A stretch of DNA of 61,487 bases, the filler included. It is 9 parts of 9 records of this genome, joined end to end, with 100 filler letters (N's around TTAATTAATTAA, not from the genome) between each part and the next. Parts side by side here need not be neighbours in the genome. Positions count along the whole stretch, not along the records: positions 1 to 5,318 come from SRR31156797_27098; positions 5,419 to 11,260 come from SRR31156797_27146; 7 more parts are not named here. One strand, given 5' to 3'. How positions within the stretch are numbered: the stretch's first letter is position 1; every line of letters begins with the position of its first letter. Of this stretch, positions 1-9,651 are shown piece after piece. A program made the translations under genes and the position numbers. The notes beneath the pieces were generated by a model. That model saw only the letters and a program-made list of their open reading frames with translations, searched no databases and was not told the origin of the DNA.

Positions 1-468
1 AACTTTTCCCCCTCAAAAGTTGTAACCACCCAACTAAAAAAAGCTACACAAGCTGCTCTTTTTATATGTACAGCCGGGGAAGGTTTAAGCAGGCATGCAC
101 AAGATATTGCAACAAATAAAGATCCTATGCTGGGCTTTGTTTTTGATATTTTGGGTTCGGTTACCGTTGAAAAAGCTATGGATAAAATTCAGTCCTCGTT
201 ACAGAAAGAGATAAAAAAAAATGAGCTTGGTCTTTCGGATCGGTATTCGCCCGGATATTGCGATTGGAACGTTAAGGAACAACATATTCTATTTTCTTTC
301 TTTCCGGATAACTTCTGTGGGGTACAACTCTCCAAATCTTCACTTATGCACCCAATAAAATCAGTTAGTGGGATTATAGGAATTGGAAAAGGATTGCACC
401 CAAAAGGTTACCAATGCAATTGGTGCAACGACCAGAATTGTGTTTACGGCAAATTAAAACGCCAATAA
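1..468 (+). CDS. Stand-alone B12-dependent methionine synthase activation-domain protein (5'-truncated)
   Basis: Frame 1 is open from base 1 (…AALFICTAGEG…). It has the RYSPGYCDW and MHPIKSVSGIIG motifs and a C-terminal CxxCxxxxC. Confidence 0.75.
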   Translation, partial: NFSPSKVVTTQLKKATQAALFICTAGEGLSRHAQDIATNKDPMLGFVFDILGSVTVEKAMDKIQSSLQKEIKKNELGLSDRYSPGYCDWNVKEQHILFSFFPDNFCGVQLSKSSLMHPIKSVSGIIGIGKGLHPKGYQCNWCNDQNCVYGKLKRQ

Positions 469-673
469 TCAAGGACTGAACATTCTTCTTCCTGAATTGC
501 AAAAAAGACTTATTAAAAATCACAAAAATTAATATTAAGGTATTGCAAAAGTCGTTTTGAAACTTTTTATTTGTTGCAGTAAGATTTGACGATTATAGCT
601 AAAGGTAATAGAAGGTAAGGGAAATCAAGATATCTCCCATGATGTTATTTATCAATCACTTAACAAACAAAAC

Positions 674-1000
674 ATGACAAATAACAAACCAAAGGTTATT
701 AAAAGTTACAGCAAACTCGACAAAGCGATACAACAGCAGATAAAACTGATTTATGCTGATGGATTTGCAGATAATTTAATCCACTTTTTTGATAAAAACG
801 GACAAAAAATAACAGTACTCCCTTTTGAAACCGAGGATAAATATTACATGTTACGCATGACTGAAAACGAAGCTGTCGCCCTGATTGACGAAGACGAAGA
901 TTACGATGATGAAGGTTTCTTAAAGGATGAAGCAAAACAGAACTATGAAGATAAATACTTCGACATGGATCATGTTGCCGATAAAATGCAAGATGAATAG
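674..1000 (+). CDS. Conserved Bacteroidota-type hypothetical protein with acidic C-terminus
   Basis: 108-aa ORF after an A-rich leader, with an LPFETEDKYY segment and a D/E-rich tail. Confidence 0.75.
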   Translation: MTNNKPKVIKSYSKLDKAIQQQIKLIYADGFADNLIHFFDKNGQKITVLPFETEDKYYMLRMTENEAVALIDEDEDYDDEGFLKDEAKQNYEDKYFDMDHVADKMQDE

Positions 1001-1096
1001 AATAACAAAGTACCTTTTAAGCTGTTTTTTTATTAATTCCTACCAGTTATTACATCAGCAAAAACAAACAGGAAAACCTGCCTATAATTACCATTT

Positions 1097-2311
1097 ATGA
1101 AATTCATTTATTTATTTTATCTATCCCTCCTATCTCTTTCCTCTTTTTCGCAAACTACCCAACCATACAAAACTGATGCTCCCTATGTGGTAATGCTATC
1201 GATGGATGCCTTTCGTTGGAATTACCCCAGCATTTATAATACACCGAATTTGGATTCGATTGCAAAGATTGGCGTTAAAGCGGAATCTCTTCAACCTTGT
1301 TTCCCCAGTAAAACTTTTCCGAACCATTATAGTATGGCTACCGGTCTTTATCCTGAAAACCACGGGATTGTTCAGAATTCATTTACCGATCCGGAATTAG
1401 GAGAATATCGGTTAAACAACCGAAAAGCAGTACAAAATGCGGCCTTTTATAAGGGAGAACCAATTTGGGTAACTGCAGAAAAACAGAACGTTCATTCCGC
1501 CTGTTTCTTTTGGCCTGGTTCTGAAGCACCTATTAAAAATTTTTACCCCTCCATATGGAAAAAATATAACGGTTCAGTTCCTTTCGAAGCCCGAGCCGAT
1601 TCTGTTATTACCTGGTTGCAAAAACCAGCTAAAAACCGGCCACATTTAATTTTATGGTATTTGCAAGAACCTGATGGTGTTGGTCATAATTTCGGACCGG
1701 AAAGTATTCAAACTCAAAACATGGTGGAACACATTGATAGCCTGGTGGGTAGTTTTTGCCAAAAAATAAATGAACTTCCTCTGGCTGATTCTGTTAACCT
1801 TATTTTTACTGCAGATCATGGTATGGCTTCCATTTCTTCTTCCAAAACTATTCAACTGAACAAATACATTAAAGCAGAATGGCTTTCTGATGTAAAAGGT
1901 GCAAATCCAGTATTTATGTTTCAACCAGCAGAACAACGATTTGCCGATTCAATTGAAATGGTATTAAACAAATTTGAACACCTTAATTGCTGGAAAAAGA
2001 CCAATTTGCCAAAACATTTACATTTCGGGAACAACAATCGTATCTATGATGTTGTTTGCGCAGCACAACCAGGTTGGAGCATCTACTGGAAGACGAATAA
2101 TTACAGTAATGGAGGAACACATGGCTACGATCCGAAATGCAAAGATATGCATGCCATTTTTTATGCTACCGGGCCGGCGTTCAAAAAACAGTATGTACAT
2201 CCTTCTTTCAAAAACATCGACTTATATCCTCTGTTAGCAGAAATACTACAGTTAAAACCGGCCAAAACAGATGGAAAACTAAAAAATGTCAGGAAGATGA
2301 TGACCCGATAA
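1097..2311 (+). CDS. Ectonucleotide pyrophosphatase/phosphodiesterase (alkaline phosphatase superfamily)
   Basis: Signal peptide; SMDAFR, PSKTFPNHY (catalytic Thr), EPDGVGH, TADHGM and GTHGYD motifs. Confidence 0.92.
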   Translation: MKFIYLFYLSLLSLSSFSQTTQPYKTDAPYVVMLSMDAFRWNYPSIYNTPNLDSIAKIGVKAESLQPCFPSKTFPNHYSMATGLYPENHGIVQNSFTDPELGEYRLNNRKAVQNAAFYKGEPIWVTAEKQNVHSACFFWPGSEAPIKNFYPSIWKKYNGSVPFEARADSVITWLQKPAKNRPHLILWYLQEPDGVGHNFGPESIQTQNMVEHIDSLVGSFCQKINELPLADSVNLIFTADHGMASISSSKTIQLNKYIKAEWLSDVKGANPVFMFQPAEQRFADSIEMVLNKFEHLNCWKKTNLPKHLHFGNNNRIYDVVCAAQPGWSIYWKTNNYSNGGTHGYDPKCKDMHAIFYATGPAFKKQYVHPSFKNIDLYPLLAEILQLKPAKTDGKLKNVRKMMTR

Positions 2312-2313
2312 CA

Positions 2314-2760
2314 TCAATTCAGGTTACGAATATCGCAGTTGTACCAGGTTTTATCAACGGTAAAACCATTTTTCTCATAGAACTCAATAGCCGATTGATT
2401 CCAATCAAGTACCTGCAGCCTTAGTCGTTTGCAGTTTTGGATTTTGGCTTCTTCAATTATTTTATTCAGTAAAATTTTACCGATACCTTTTCCTCTGTAC
2501 GATTCTTTAACATACAAATCTTCCAGGTACAACGACTTCCCAACCCAGGTATAATAAGTAAAAAAATAGAGTGCCATTCCGACAATCCCATCTTTTTCTG
2601 TTTCAGCAACAAAACACTCAAACAGGTCTTTTTCAACATACATTTGTTCCAAGGTGTTGCTCACGTTATCAAGACCTTTTTCAAAAACAGCCAACTCTTT
2701 TATTAAGCTAAATATGTCAGGCAAATCACAATCGTTTGCTTTCCTTACTTTTAAATCCAT
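2314..2760 (-). CDS. GNAT N-acetyltransferase (spermidine/spermine acetyltransferase-like)
   Basis: YLEDLYV, RGKGIG acetyl-CoA loop and VLDWNQSAIEFY. Confidence 0.9.
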   Translation of the reverse strand: MDLKVRKANDCDLPDIFSLIKELAVFEKGLDNVSNTLEQMYVEKDLFECFVAETEKDGIVGMALYFFTYYTWVGKSLYLEDLYVKESYRGKGIGKILLNKIIEEAKIQNCKRLRLQVLDWNQSAIEFYEKNGFTVDKTWYNCDIRNLN

Positions 2761-3851
2761 TATTTCCGGAATTCGAGTTTAATACTTGCACTGGCCTTAA
2801 CTTCTCCGTTTACTACAACCTCAAACCTATGTATCCCGGGGTAATGTTTCCGGGTCGACATGTTTTTAAACGAATGTTTCTTTGTTAAAGAATGCTTCCC
2901 GGGTTGCATTTCTACTTCCTTTATCTGAAATACTTTTGGAGATGGTTTTCCATTGGCTTTTATATAATGCACGATATATTCGAGTCGGACTTTTTGCCTA
3001 TTATTGGTATTAAGCTGTAAATTAAAACGAAAAGAGATATCCTCTCCTATCTCTGGATTCAAATTTGAAAAATTCAGATCTTTTACCATCATCAATTCGG
3101 GGTTGGCAAATCCGAATAACAGCATCGCTCTTTTATTCCCTTGTTTTAATAAGGTCCTGCAAGCGTGTTTTATTATCCAATCCGTATTTTTTGAATTCCC
3201 TTGCCACCGCTGGCAGGTATCAAGTACCAATTCCGGATGGTCTTTTGAAATATCATTAAGGTTATTGGCAACACTTTTACGAACAAATTCTTCAGGATCG
3301 TTTTTTAACTTTTCAAGAATTGGAAATATTAACGATGGATCTTTCTTTAATGCCGGGACTCCGGAAGCCCAAGGCAAACGTGGCCTGCAACCTTCGCTGG
3401 CAAAACGTCGCACCCGAAAATCTTCGTTATCTGCCCAGGCTAGCATATACTTCATTGCCCCTTCCAAGTTTTTATTCAAGAACGGACGAATTCCAAATTC
3501 CGAACTTCCGCACTTGGTTAGTTCTCCCAAAGCAGATAATGAAATATCCCAATTATTCAAACCATACACTTCCACATAATCGGGCAAAACAATCGCTTCA
3601 AATCCTGTCACATTCGGCACAATCTCAACCAATATTTCAATCGCCTTTTTAAAATCTTTTGGAAGGTATTCATGCAGGCACAAAGTGGTGTGTCGCATTT
3701 TCTGTTTTAGCTCAAGTTCTGCCCACTGATCATTACAAACAGCATTTACAAAAGCACCTGATTCGAAATCAGGGTAAACATCTTTTAAAACCTTTCCAAA
3801 AAGTTGAACTTTCTCAAGCGGGAAAAGCGTGTCTTTTAATTTTTCAGCCAT
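2760..3851 (-). CDS. AlkC-like DNA alkylation repair glycosylase with C-terminal Ig-like domain
   Basis: SSEFGIRPF, RRFASEGCRPRLPW and VRKSVANNLNDISKDHP HEAT-like repeats; beta-rich C-terminus with TRKHYPG. Confidence 0.8.
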   Translation of the reverse strand: MAEKLKDTLFPLEKVQLFGKVLKDVYPDFESGAFVNAVCNDQWAELELKQKMRHTTLCLHEYLPKDFKKAIEILVEIVPNVTGFEAIVLPDYVEVYGLNNWDISLSALGELTKCGSSEFGIRPFLNKNLEGAMKYMLAWADNEDFRVRRFASEGCRPRLPWASGVPALKKDPSLIFPILEKLKNDPEEFVRKSVANNLNDISKDHPELVLDTCQRWQGNSKNTDWIIKHACRTLLKQGNKRAMLLFGFANPELMMVKDLNFSNLNPEIGEDISFRFNLQLNTNNRQKVRLEYIVHYIKANGKPSPKVFQIKEVEMQPGKHSLTKKHSFKNMSTRKHYPGIHRFEVVVNGEVKASASIKLEFRK

Positions 3852-3869
3852 AATTATATTGTTCAGCGA

Positions 3870-5222
3870 TTATAGTTTTTGTTTTAAAATAAGTTGATCA
3901 AGTTTTGCAAATAGTGATGTTTGCTGTTCTTTAAGGTCTAACCAATCTGCTTTTTTAAATATTTTCAATAAAAACAATCGCCCCCGCCCTGTTGTTTTTA
4001 ATAGTAGGATATACCATCTAAAAGCCAGTTTTCCCATTATTGGCATACTTAGCAACACAACCAACTTAATCCAGAAAACAGGCAATAAAGACGACATGGC
4101 CCACAGTTCTAGCAGATAGACTACCGGGAACACGATAATTCCCAGAACCAACGAGAATGAACTCCAAAAAGCAACATCTTTCACCTTCTTTCGAACAATT
4201 CTATCGATTGCAAAAAATGGAAAGGCATTAAGAATAAAACCAAACAAAAACACTGGTAGGCTTAACAACAATACAAGTTTGTTTATTGACAACATTCCGA
4301 AGTTTTTCTCTGGCTTCTCAACAAGCCAGCTCCTGAGTTTCTGGCTATCCACCTTATCATGGTAAAGCATTACGTCCCTGCAAAGCTGCTGAAAAGTTTG
4401 TGGCTCTTCTATTTCCATTTGACCAAGTTGCTGAACCAGTTTTTGATCTGATTCAAACCGGGTTACAAGACTATTTTTCTTGTTCTGTTGCAATAAAAAC
4501 TTTTTCCCATAGACTGAACGAATAAGTTCTATTTCATTGTAATGTTTCTTGCTTCCAATATGAACAGTTAAAGGAAGAATCGATTTGTAAATCTCATCCC
4601 GTAAAGACAGAGTTGCAGCCTTGGAATTGTGGTGGTACATATCGAGATAATCGTTTACCTTAATTGGTTTCCCAAAATTAACAATCACATTTCGGTTAAA
4701 TTTCCAATAACTGCTATAATAAATACCGGTTGGAATAATATGAATATCCAGGTTGTCACTTGCCTTTTCCTCTGCCATAAAAACAATTCGAGGCACTGCC
4801 TTTTTATGTGATAACATTTGCCGTTTACCCGAATGGGCAGCCTCAGGAAACAAAGCCAAAGGTTTATTGTTCCGTAAAACCTTAATGGAATCAGCAAAAG
4901 TTTTTTCATTTTTTGCCAATTGTTCTTTCCCATCCCGAAGTCGATAGACCGGCATAATTTTTAAAAATCGCAGAATGAGGGTAATTATTCCGGGTTTAAA
5001 TATATCAGCTCGCGCCAACCAAACCGGCTGAAACTTTGTATGTAGTAAAATTGCCATTGGATCAGACAAGGCATTCTGGTGGTTTGGAGCAAAAAGAATA
5101 GGTTTATCCGTGGGAATGTTTTCTTTCCCTTTTAAAATGATTTTATTATTAATAATCTGGTCGGCAAAACATATATATTTTTTCAGGCACCAATAGCCTA
5201 ACGACCATTTTTCATACTTCAT
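3870..5222 (-). CDS. Glycerolipid acyltransferase (PlsC superfamily) with C-terminal TM helices
   Basis: NHQNALSD (NHx4D) and FPE motifs. Confidence 0.85.
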   Translation of the reverse strand: MKYEKWSLGYWCLKKYICFADQIINNKIILKGKENIPTDKPILFAPNHQNALSDPMAILLHTKFQPVWLARADIFKPGIITLILRFLKIMPVYRLRDGKEQLAKNEKTFADSIKVLRNNKPLALFPEAAHSGKRQMLSHKKAVPRIVFMAEEKASDNLDIHIIPTGIYYSSYWKFNRNVIVNFGKPIKVNDYLDMYHHNSKAATLSLRDEIYKSILPLTVHIGSKKHYNEIELIRSVYGKKFLLQQNKKNSLVTRFESDQKLVQQLGQMEIEEPQTFQQLCRDVMLYHDKVDSQKLRSWLVEKPEKNFGMLSINKLVLLLSLPVFLFGFILNAFPFFAIDRIVRKKVKDVAFWSSFSLVLGIIVFPVVYLLELWAMSSLLPVFWIKLVVLLSMPIMGKLAFRWYILLLKTTGRGRLFLLKIFKKADWLDLKEQQTSLFAKLDQLILKQKL

Positions 5223-5234
5223 ATTTCAAAAACA

Positions 5235-5318
5235 TTAACGAGTCAACTTAAAACGGGCCATAAAAGACGATACGCCAAAGCCACTTAAAATATGCCAAAC
5301 TCCCCACCAGGCAGCAAT
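5235..5318 (-). CDS. 3' end of a probable bile acid:sodium symporter family protein (truncated)
   Basis: Hand translation IAAWWGVWHILSGFGVSSFMARFKLTR*. The AAWWGxWH segment is recalled from BASS C-termini. Confidence 0.55.
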   Translation of the reverse strand: MAAWWGVWHILSGFGVSSFMARFKLTR

Positions 5319-5418
5319 NNNNNNNNNNNNNNNNNNNNNNNNNNNNNNNNNNNNNNNNNNNNTTAATTAATTAANNNNNNNNNNNNNNNNNNNNNNNNNN
5401 NNNNNNNNNNNNNNNNNN
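5319..5418. other. Artificial contig spacer
   Basis: 44 N + TTAATTAATTAA (stops in all six frames) + 44 N. Confidence 0.99.
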
Positions 5419-5419
5419 G

Positions 5420-5995
5420 GCCAACATCCAGGTGCTCAAGCTGGTGGACCTTTTCGGCATCAACGCCACCCTGGGAAACATCGTCTACGCGTCCAGTTTC
5501 CTCGTAACGGACATCCTGTCGGAGAACTATGGCAAGAAATCGGCCTTCCGCGCCGTGGTGATCGGCTTCCTGTCCCTGATCGCCTCGATGTTCCTGTTCC
5601 AGGCGGCCCTCTGGTTCACGCCCTCGGCGGATGACTGGGCCCAGGGCCCCCTCCAGAGCCTCTTCGGATTCATGCCCCGCATCGTGCTGGCCAGCCTGAT
5701 CGCCTTCGGCCTGTCCCAGTGCCACGACGTATGGGCCTATAACTTCTGGAAGAAAAAATGGCCGGCGGACCGCTTCATCTGGCTGCGCAACAACGCCAGC
5801 ACCATGGTAAGCCAGCTGATCGATTCGGTCGTTTTCACCCTGGTGGCCTTCCTCGGCCAGTTCCCTACGGCCGTTCTCTTCCAGATCTTCCTCTCCACCT
5901 ATCTGCTGAAGTGGATCGTCGCCGCCATGGACACGCCCTTTATCTATCTGGCGGTCCGCATGTACAAGCGCGGCAATCTGCCAGAAGAGATCTGA
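5420..5995 (+). CDS. Queuosine precursor transporter (YhhQ/VUT family), 5'-truncated
   Basis: ANIQVLK…DILSENYGKK…WLRNNASTMVSQLIDS…DTPFIY motifs; multiple TM helices. Confidence 0.9.
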   Translation, partial: ANIQVLKLVDLFGINATLGNIVYASSFLVTDILSENYGKKSAFRAVVIGFLSLIASMFLFQAALWFTPSADDWAQGPLQSLFGFMPRIVLASLIAFGLSQCHDVWAYNFWKKKWPADRFIWLRNNASTMVSQLIDSVVFTLVAFLGQFPTAVLFQIFLSTYLLKWIVAAMDTPFIYLAVRMYKRGNLPEEI

Positions 5996-6042
5996 TCCAC
6001 ACCCGCCGGCGGGCGTCTGCGCCAGACGGCGGATGGGATAAC

Positions 6043-6086
6043 AAAAAAGGCGGATGCCTCATATGAGGAGAATCCGCCTTTTTTTT
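6043..6086. terminator. Bidirectional intrinsic terminator
   Basis: AAAAAAGGCGGAT…ATCCGCCTTTTTTTT between convergent genes. Confidence 0.8.
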
Positions 6087-6133
6087 CTCTTCATCATTAA
6101 CCGGAGGAGGCTGAAACCCTCCCCTTTTTTGGA

Positions 6134-8293
6134 TCAGTTCTTCTCCCGGGCCTCGCGGACCAGCAGAGACTTGACCTCTTCAGGCGTCTTGCAGGCCAGT
6201 ATCTCCTCAAAGAGCTGAGGCTTGTTCAGGATGGCGCTCACCGAAGAGAGGAACTGGATATGGGGTCCCGTGGCGTTCTTGGGAGAGAGGGTCAGGATAA
6301 AGATTCTGGAGGGAAGACCGTCCAGGGACTCAAAATCCACGCCTTCTTTCTTCAGACCGATGGCGACCCTGAGCTCTCTGACCCCGTCGGACTTTCCGTG
6401 GGGAATGGCGATGCCGTTCTGCATCCCCGTGCTCATGGAGGCCTCCCTCTCATAGACGGCGTTCAGACAGTCATCGGGATCGTTCAGTTTCCCGTCGTCC
6501 TTCAGGAGGGCGACCATCTCCCTGATGATATCGTTCTTCTGCCGGCTCTTCAGTTCCATGGCGATGCAGTTCTCGCTGATCAGCTTGAAGAAGTCTGTCT
6601 GCACCCGGCTGGGCTCATCCGCAGAGAGTTCCTTCTTCATCTCGGAGGGCTTGGCCATGGTGCTCAGATTCTCAACGGTCTTGTTCATCTGCAGCAGGGA
6701 CTCATAGATTACGGTCTTGATATACAGCACGTCTTCGGGGTCGGAAACCACCTCGAAGTAGTCGTGATACTCGTGCACCGTCACATGGACGTCGTCCTTC
6801 CTGATCTGATAGATGTGATGGTCAAGCTCCATATCGTGGAGGTAGAAGCCCTCCTCTTTCAGGGCCTCCACAACCTTGGCCAGGGCCAGCTGCTTCATCT
6901 CTGAGGAAGGGAAATCGAATTTGCTGATCACCGTGCTCGAACCCTTCATCTCCGTACGGGTTCCCATCTTGTCCTTCTTCAGAAGGGCCGTCAGGATGGG
7001 AGGAGGAATAAGGGTGGTCACGAGGGTCATGAAAACGGCCACCCCGAACTGGGCGGGATTGAGAATGCCCGCCGCGATACCGATGCCCGCCATGATCAGG
7101 GCCACCTCGCCGCGGGGCACCATGCCCACGCCCACCCGGGCGGCTCCCAGCAGATTGAAGTCCATGAACAGGGAGGGGATGCCGCAGCCGACGATCTTGG
7201 AGACGATGCCGACGATGGAAAAGAGAACCCCCGCCACCAGGACCTCGGGCTTGAGGAACTCGTGGACGTCCACCAGCATACCCATCACGCAGAAGAAGAC
7301 GGGAACGAAAAACTCCTGCAGGGGATGGATCTTCTCCTGGATCACAAAGCTCAGGTCCGTCCGGGAGAGGGAGAGGCCCATCACATAGGCTCCGATGATC
7401 ATGGCCAGGCCCGCCTTCTCGAAGATGCCCGAGAGGATCAGGGCCAGCCCCAGGCTCATAATGGCGATGGAGGTCTCACTGCCGAAGATCTTCAGGGATT
7501 TTCCGATCTTCCGGGCGAAGACGAGCCCCAGCGCGGTGAATCCCAGCCAGACGCCCACGGCCTTGACGGCTATCATGCCGATGGCCCCCCAGTTGACCGT
7601 GCCACCGTGGCCGGTCATGACGGAAACGATTCCCAGGACGATGGCCAGACAGATGATTCCCAGGACGTCGTCGATTACCGCGGCCGCCAGGATGGTGACC
7701 CCCTCGGGGGAGTCCATCTTCCTCTGCTCGGACAGGATCCGGGCCGTGATCCCCACGGAAGTAGCCGTGCTGATAACCCCCAGAAAGAGATTGACCGGCG
7801 CCGTGAAGGGAAGACCGCTGATCATGGCCCCCGCCCAGGCTCCCGCCAGGAAGGAGACCGCCACACCCCCGATCCCGATCACCGCGCCCTTTACGGAGAA
7901 GCGCAGGAAGAGGGCCAGATCCGTCTCCAGCCCCGAATGGAAGAGGAGGATGATAGACGCTATGGTGGAGATCCCGTACAGCTCGGGGGTGACGGGAAAG
8001 CTGGGATTGGTAAGAGGAAAGAGCCCCTCGTGAAATCCGAAAAAGGGCACCCCGCCCAGCAGATAGGGACCGATGACGATGCCCATCATCAGCTCCCCGA
8101 GAACCGAGGGCATGCTGACCTTCTTCATCAGCCAGCCGCCCAGCTTGGCGGCGAACAGGATGATGCCGATCTGAAAGACCAGGTTCGTCATTTTATGTGT
8201 AAGAGACTCCTCACCTCCCCCTGAGCTGGCAAAGACCGGCAGGGCCAGAGCCGTCAGAAAGAGGAAAAGAAAGGCATAACGTTTTTTTATCAT
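6134..8293 (-). CDS. CPA2 cation:proton antiporter fused to a C-terminal PTS EIIA (fructose/Ntr-type) domain
   Basis: AAVIDDVLG and GMVPRGEVALI antiporter motifs; EREASMSTGMQNGIAIPHGK EIIA phospho-His motif. Confidence 0.92.
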   Translation of the reverse strand: MIKKRYAFLFLFLTALALPVFASSGGGEESLTHKMTNLVFQIGIILFAAKLGGWLMKKVSMPSVLGELMMGIVIGPYLLGGVPFFGFHEGLFPLTNPSFPVTPELYGISTIASIILLFHSGLETDLALFLRFSVKGAVIGIGGVAVSFLAGAWAGAMISGLPFTAPVNLFLGVISTATSVGITARILSEQRKMDSPEGVTILAAAVIDDVLGIICLAIVLGIVSVMTGHGGTVNWGAIGMIAVKAVGVWLGFTALGLVFARKIGKSLKIFGSETSIAIMSLGLALILSGIFEKAGLAMIIGAYVMGLSLSRTDLSFVIQEKIHPLQEFFVPVFFCVMGMLVDVHEFLKPEVLVAGVLFSIVGIVSKIVGCGIPSLFMDFNLLGAARVGVGMVPRGEVALIMAGIGIAAGILNPAQFGVAVFMTLVTTLIPPPILTALLKKDKMGTRTEMKGSSTVISKFDFPSSEMKQLALAKVVEALKEEGFYLHDMELDHHIYQIRKDDVHVTVHEYHDYFEVVSDPEDVLYIKTVIYESLLQMNKTVENLSTMAKPSEMKKELSADEPSRVQTDFFKLISENCIAMELKSRQKNDIIREMVALLKDDGKLNDPDDCLNAVYEREASMSTGMQNGIAIPHGKSDGVRELRVAIGLKKEGVDFESLDGLPSRIFILTLSPKNATGPHIQFLSSVSAILNKPQLFEEILACKTPEEVKSLLVREAREKN

Positions 8294-8403
8294 AAGTGAG
8301 TCCTGTATGTATTTTGCTTCGGAATTAATCTAGCAGTAATATCAGACAATGAGAAGAGAGAGGGAGATGATTTTGCCCCTTCGAGCCGGACTGAGGAGCG
8401 AAT

Positions 8404-8880
8404 TCAGCAACGAAAAATATGCCTTAAATAGTGGGGTATCTCGCAAAGGGCCACGAATTTGTCACAGATGGTGACGACCCAGCTTTCCGGATAGAGGGGC
8501 GGAACGGGCGTCAGGGGGAACATATGCCTGAGGATCATATTTTTCTCCTTAAGGTTCAGGGTGAAACGGGCGTCCGCATTATCCAGAGCCTCCCGGGCAT
8601 GGGTGAAGCCGTGCATCCTGTGGAGCTCCCAGAAGCGCCGCCTCTTCCCGGAACCCGTCTTCCAGTCGTAGAGGAAAAAATCATGCAGAAGGGCTCCCCT
8701 GGCGGTGCTCCTGGCATCCAGATGAAAACGCCGCGCCAGGCGCCAGGCGAGGAAGGAGACCTTCAGGCTGTGATTGAAGATGCTGTTGCCGTGATGGCTG
8801 ATGCGGGAGAGGAGGCGGATCTCAGAATGGCCGAGGATATCCCGGACCTCCTCCACATATGCGGGAGGCAGGGTTTTCAG
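8404..8880 (-). CDS. HD-domain protein (probable CTG start at 8880; alternative GTG at 8856)
   Basis: HH…HSLKVS…GALLHDFFLYDW…HGFTH…HMFP…CDK. AAGGAG lies 6 nt before the CTG. Confidence 0.85.
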   Translation of the reverse strand: MKTLPPAYVEEVRDILGHSEIRLLSRISHHGNSIFNHSLKVSFLAWRLARRFHLDARSTARGALLHDFFLYDWKTGSGKRRRFWELHRMHGFTHAREALDNADARFTLNLKEKNMILRHMFPLTPVPPLYPESWVVTICDKFVALCEIPHYLRHIFRC

Positions 8881-9638
8881 GGCTTGCTCCTTTTCCGGAG
8901 AGCCCTTTTAAGGGGTTCGAAGGGCCGCGGCAGGTTGAGCCTGTGCCGCTCCAGACGCTCGCGAAGCGAACCGCCCAACTCCCCGTAGAAGGGAAGGAGA
9001 TAGCGGGTCTTGTTCACCAGCTTCCCGGGGATGCGGTCGCGAAGCTCCAGCTTGAAGCCCTCAAAGTCCACATGCCACTTCTCTCCCGACTCCCTGACGA
9101 AGGCCTTGATCCGGGCCGCCAGGTCCATGGACTGCCAGAGGTCCACACCGAAGGTCCCTCCGTAGAGGCCCAGAAAGAAGGAGAATTCGGGATTGCGGGT
9201 GATGAAGAAGACCGCCGCATCCAGATAGGGGAAGATTCCCGCCCGAAACCCCAGGCCCAGCAGCATCCAGAGGACGCTGTAGAGGGGGCAGATGATCCCC
9301 AGTATATTCCCCCGGTTCCCCCTGTAGTCCCAGAGCCGGATCTGGAAGTGATAGACCGATATAAGGCCCGCCAGAAACTCCAGGATCGTCAGAAGGAGGA
9401 AGAAGATCAGGGCGTTGAGAAACAGAGGGAGCTCCAGACGGCAGATCTCGTAGAGAAGGATGGTCCCGAAGCCGTAGAGAGGCAGCCAGGGGCCGCTCAG
9501 GAATCCGGGATTGATCCAGCGCCGGGCCTGTCCGAAGAAACGTCTCCAGACGACCTCGAGCCCCCAGCCCGCGACGGAACCAGCGAAAAAGAGGAGAACG
9601 TACTGATAGGCAGTAATCAGGGTAACCGAAAGCGGCAT
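8877..9638 (-). CDS. CmpB/TMEM229-like membrane protein ('putative ABC transporter permease')
   Basis: GWGLEV…NPGFLSGPWLPLYGFG…LWDY…GIICPLYS motifs. Confidence 0.85.
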   Translation of the reverse strand: MPLSVTLITAYQYVLLFFAGSVAGWGLEVVWRRFFGQARRWINPGFLSGPWLPLYGFGTILLYEICRLELPLFLNALIFFLLLTILEFLAGLISVYHFQIRLWDYRGNRGNILGIICPLYSVLWMLLGLGFRAGIFPYLDAAVFFITRNPEFSFFLGLYGGTFGVDLWQSMDLAARIKAFVRESGEKWHVDFEGFKLELRDRIPGKLVNKTRYLLPFYGELGGSLRERLERHRLNLPRPFEPLKRALRKRSKP

Positions 9639-9651
9639 GGATCTGAAAAGC

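Noticed and set aside
5363..5374. Recurring TTAATTAATTAA as a biological repeat or CRISPR-like element
   Set aside because: It is always centred in N-runs of fixed length, so it is a synthetic six-frame stop linker.
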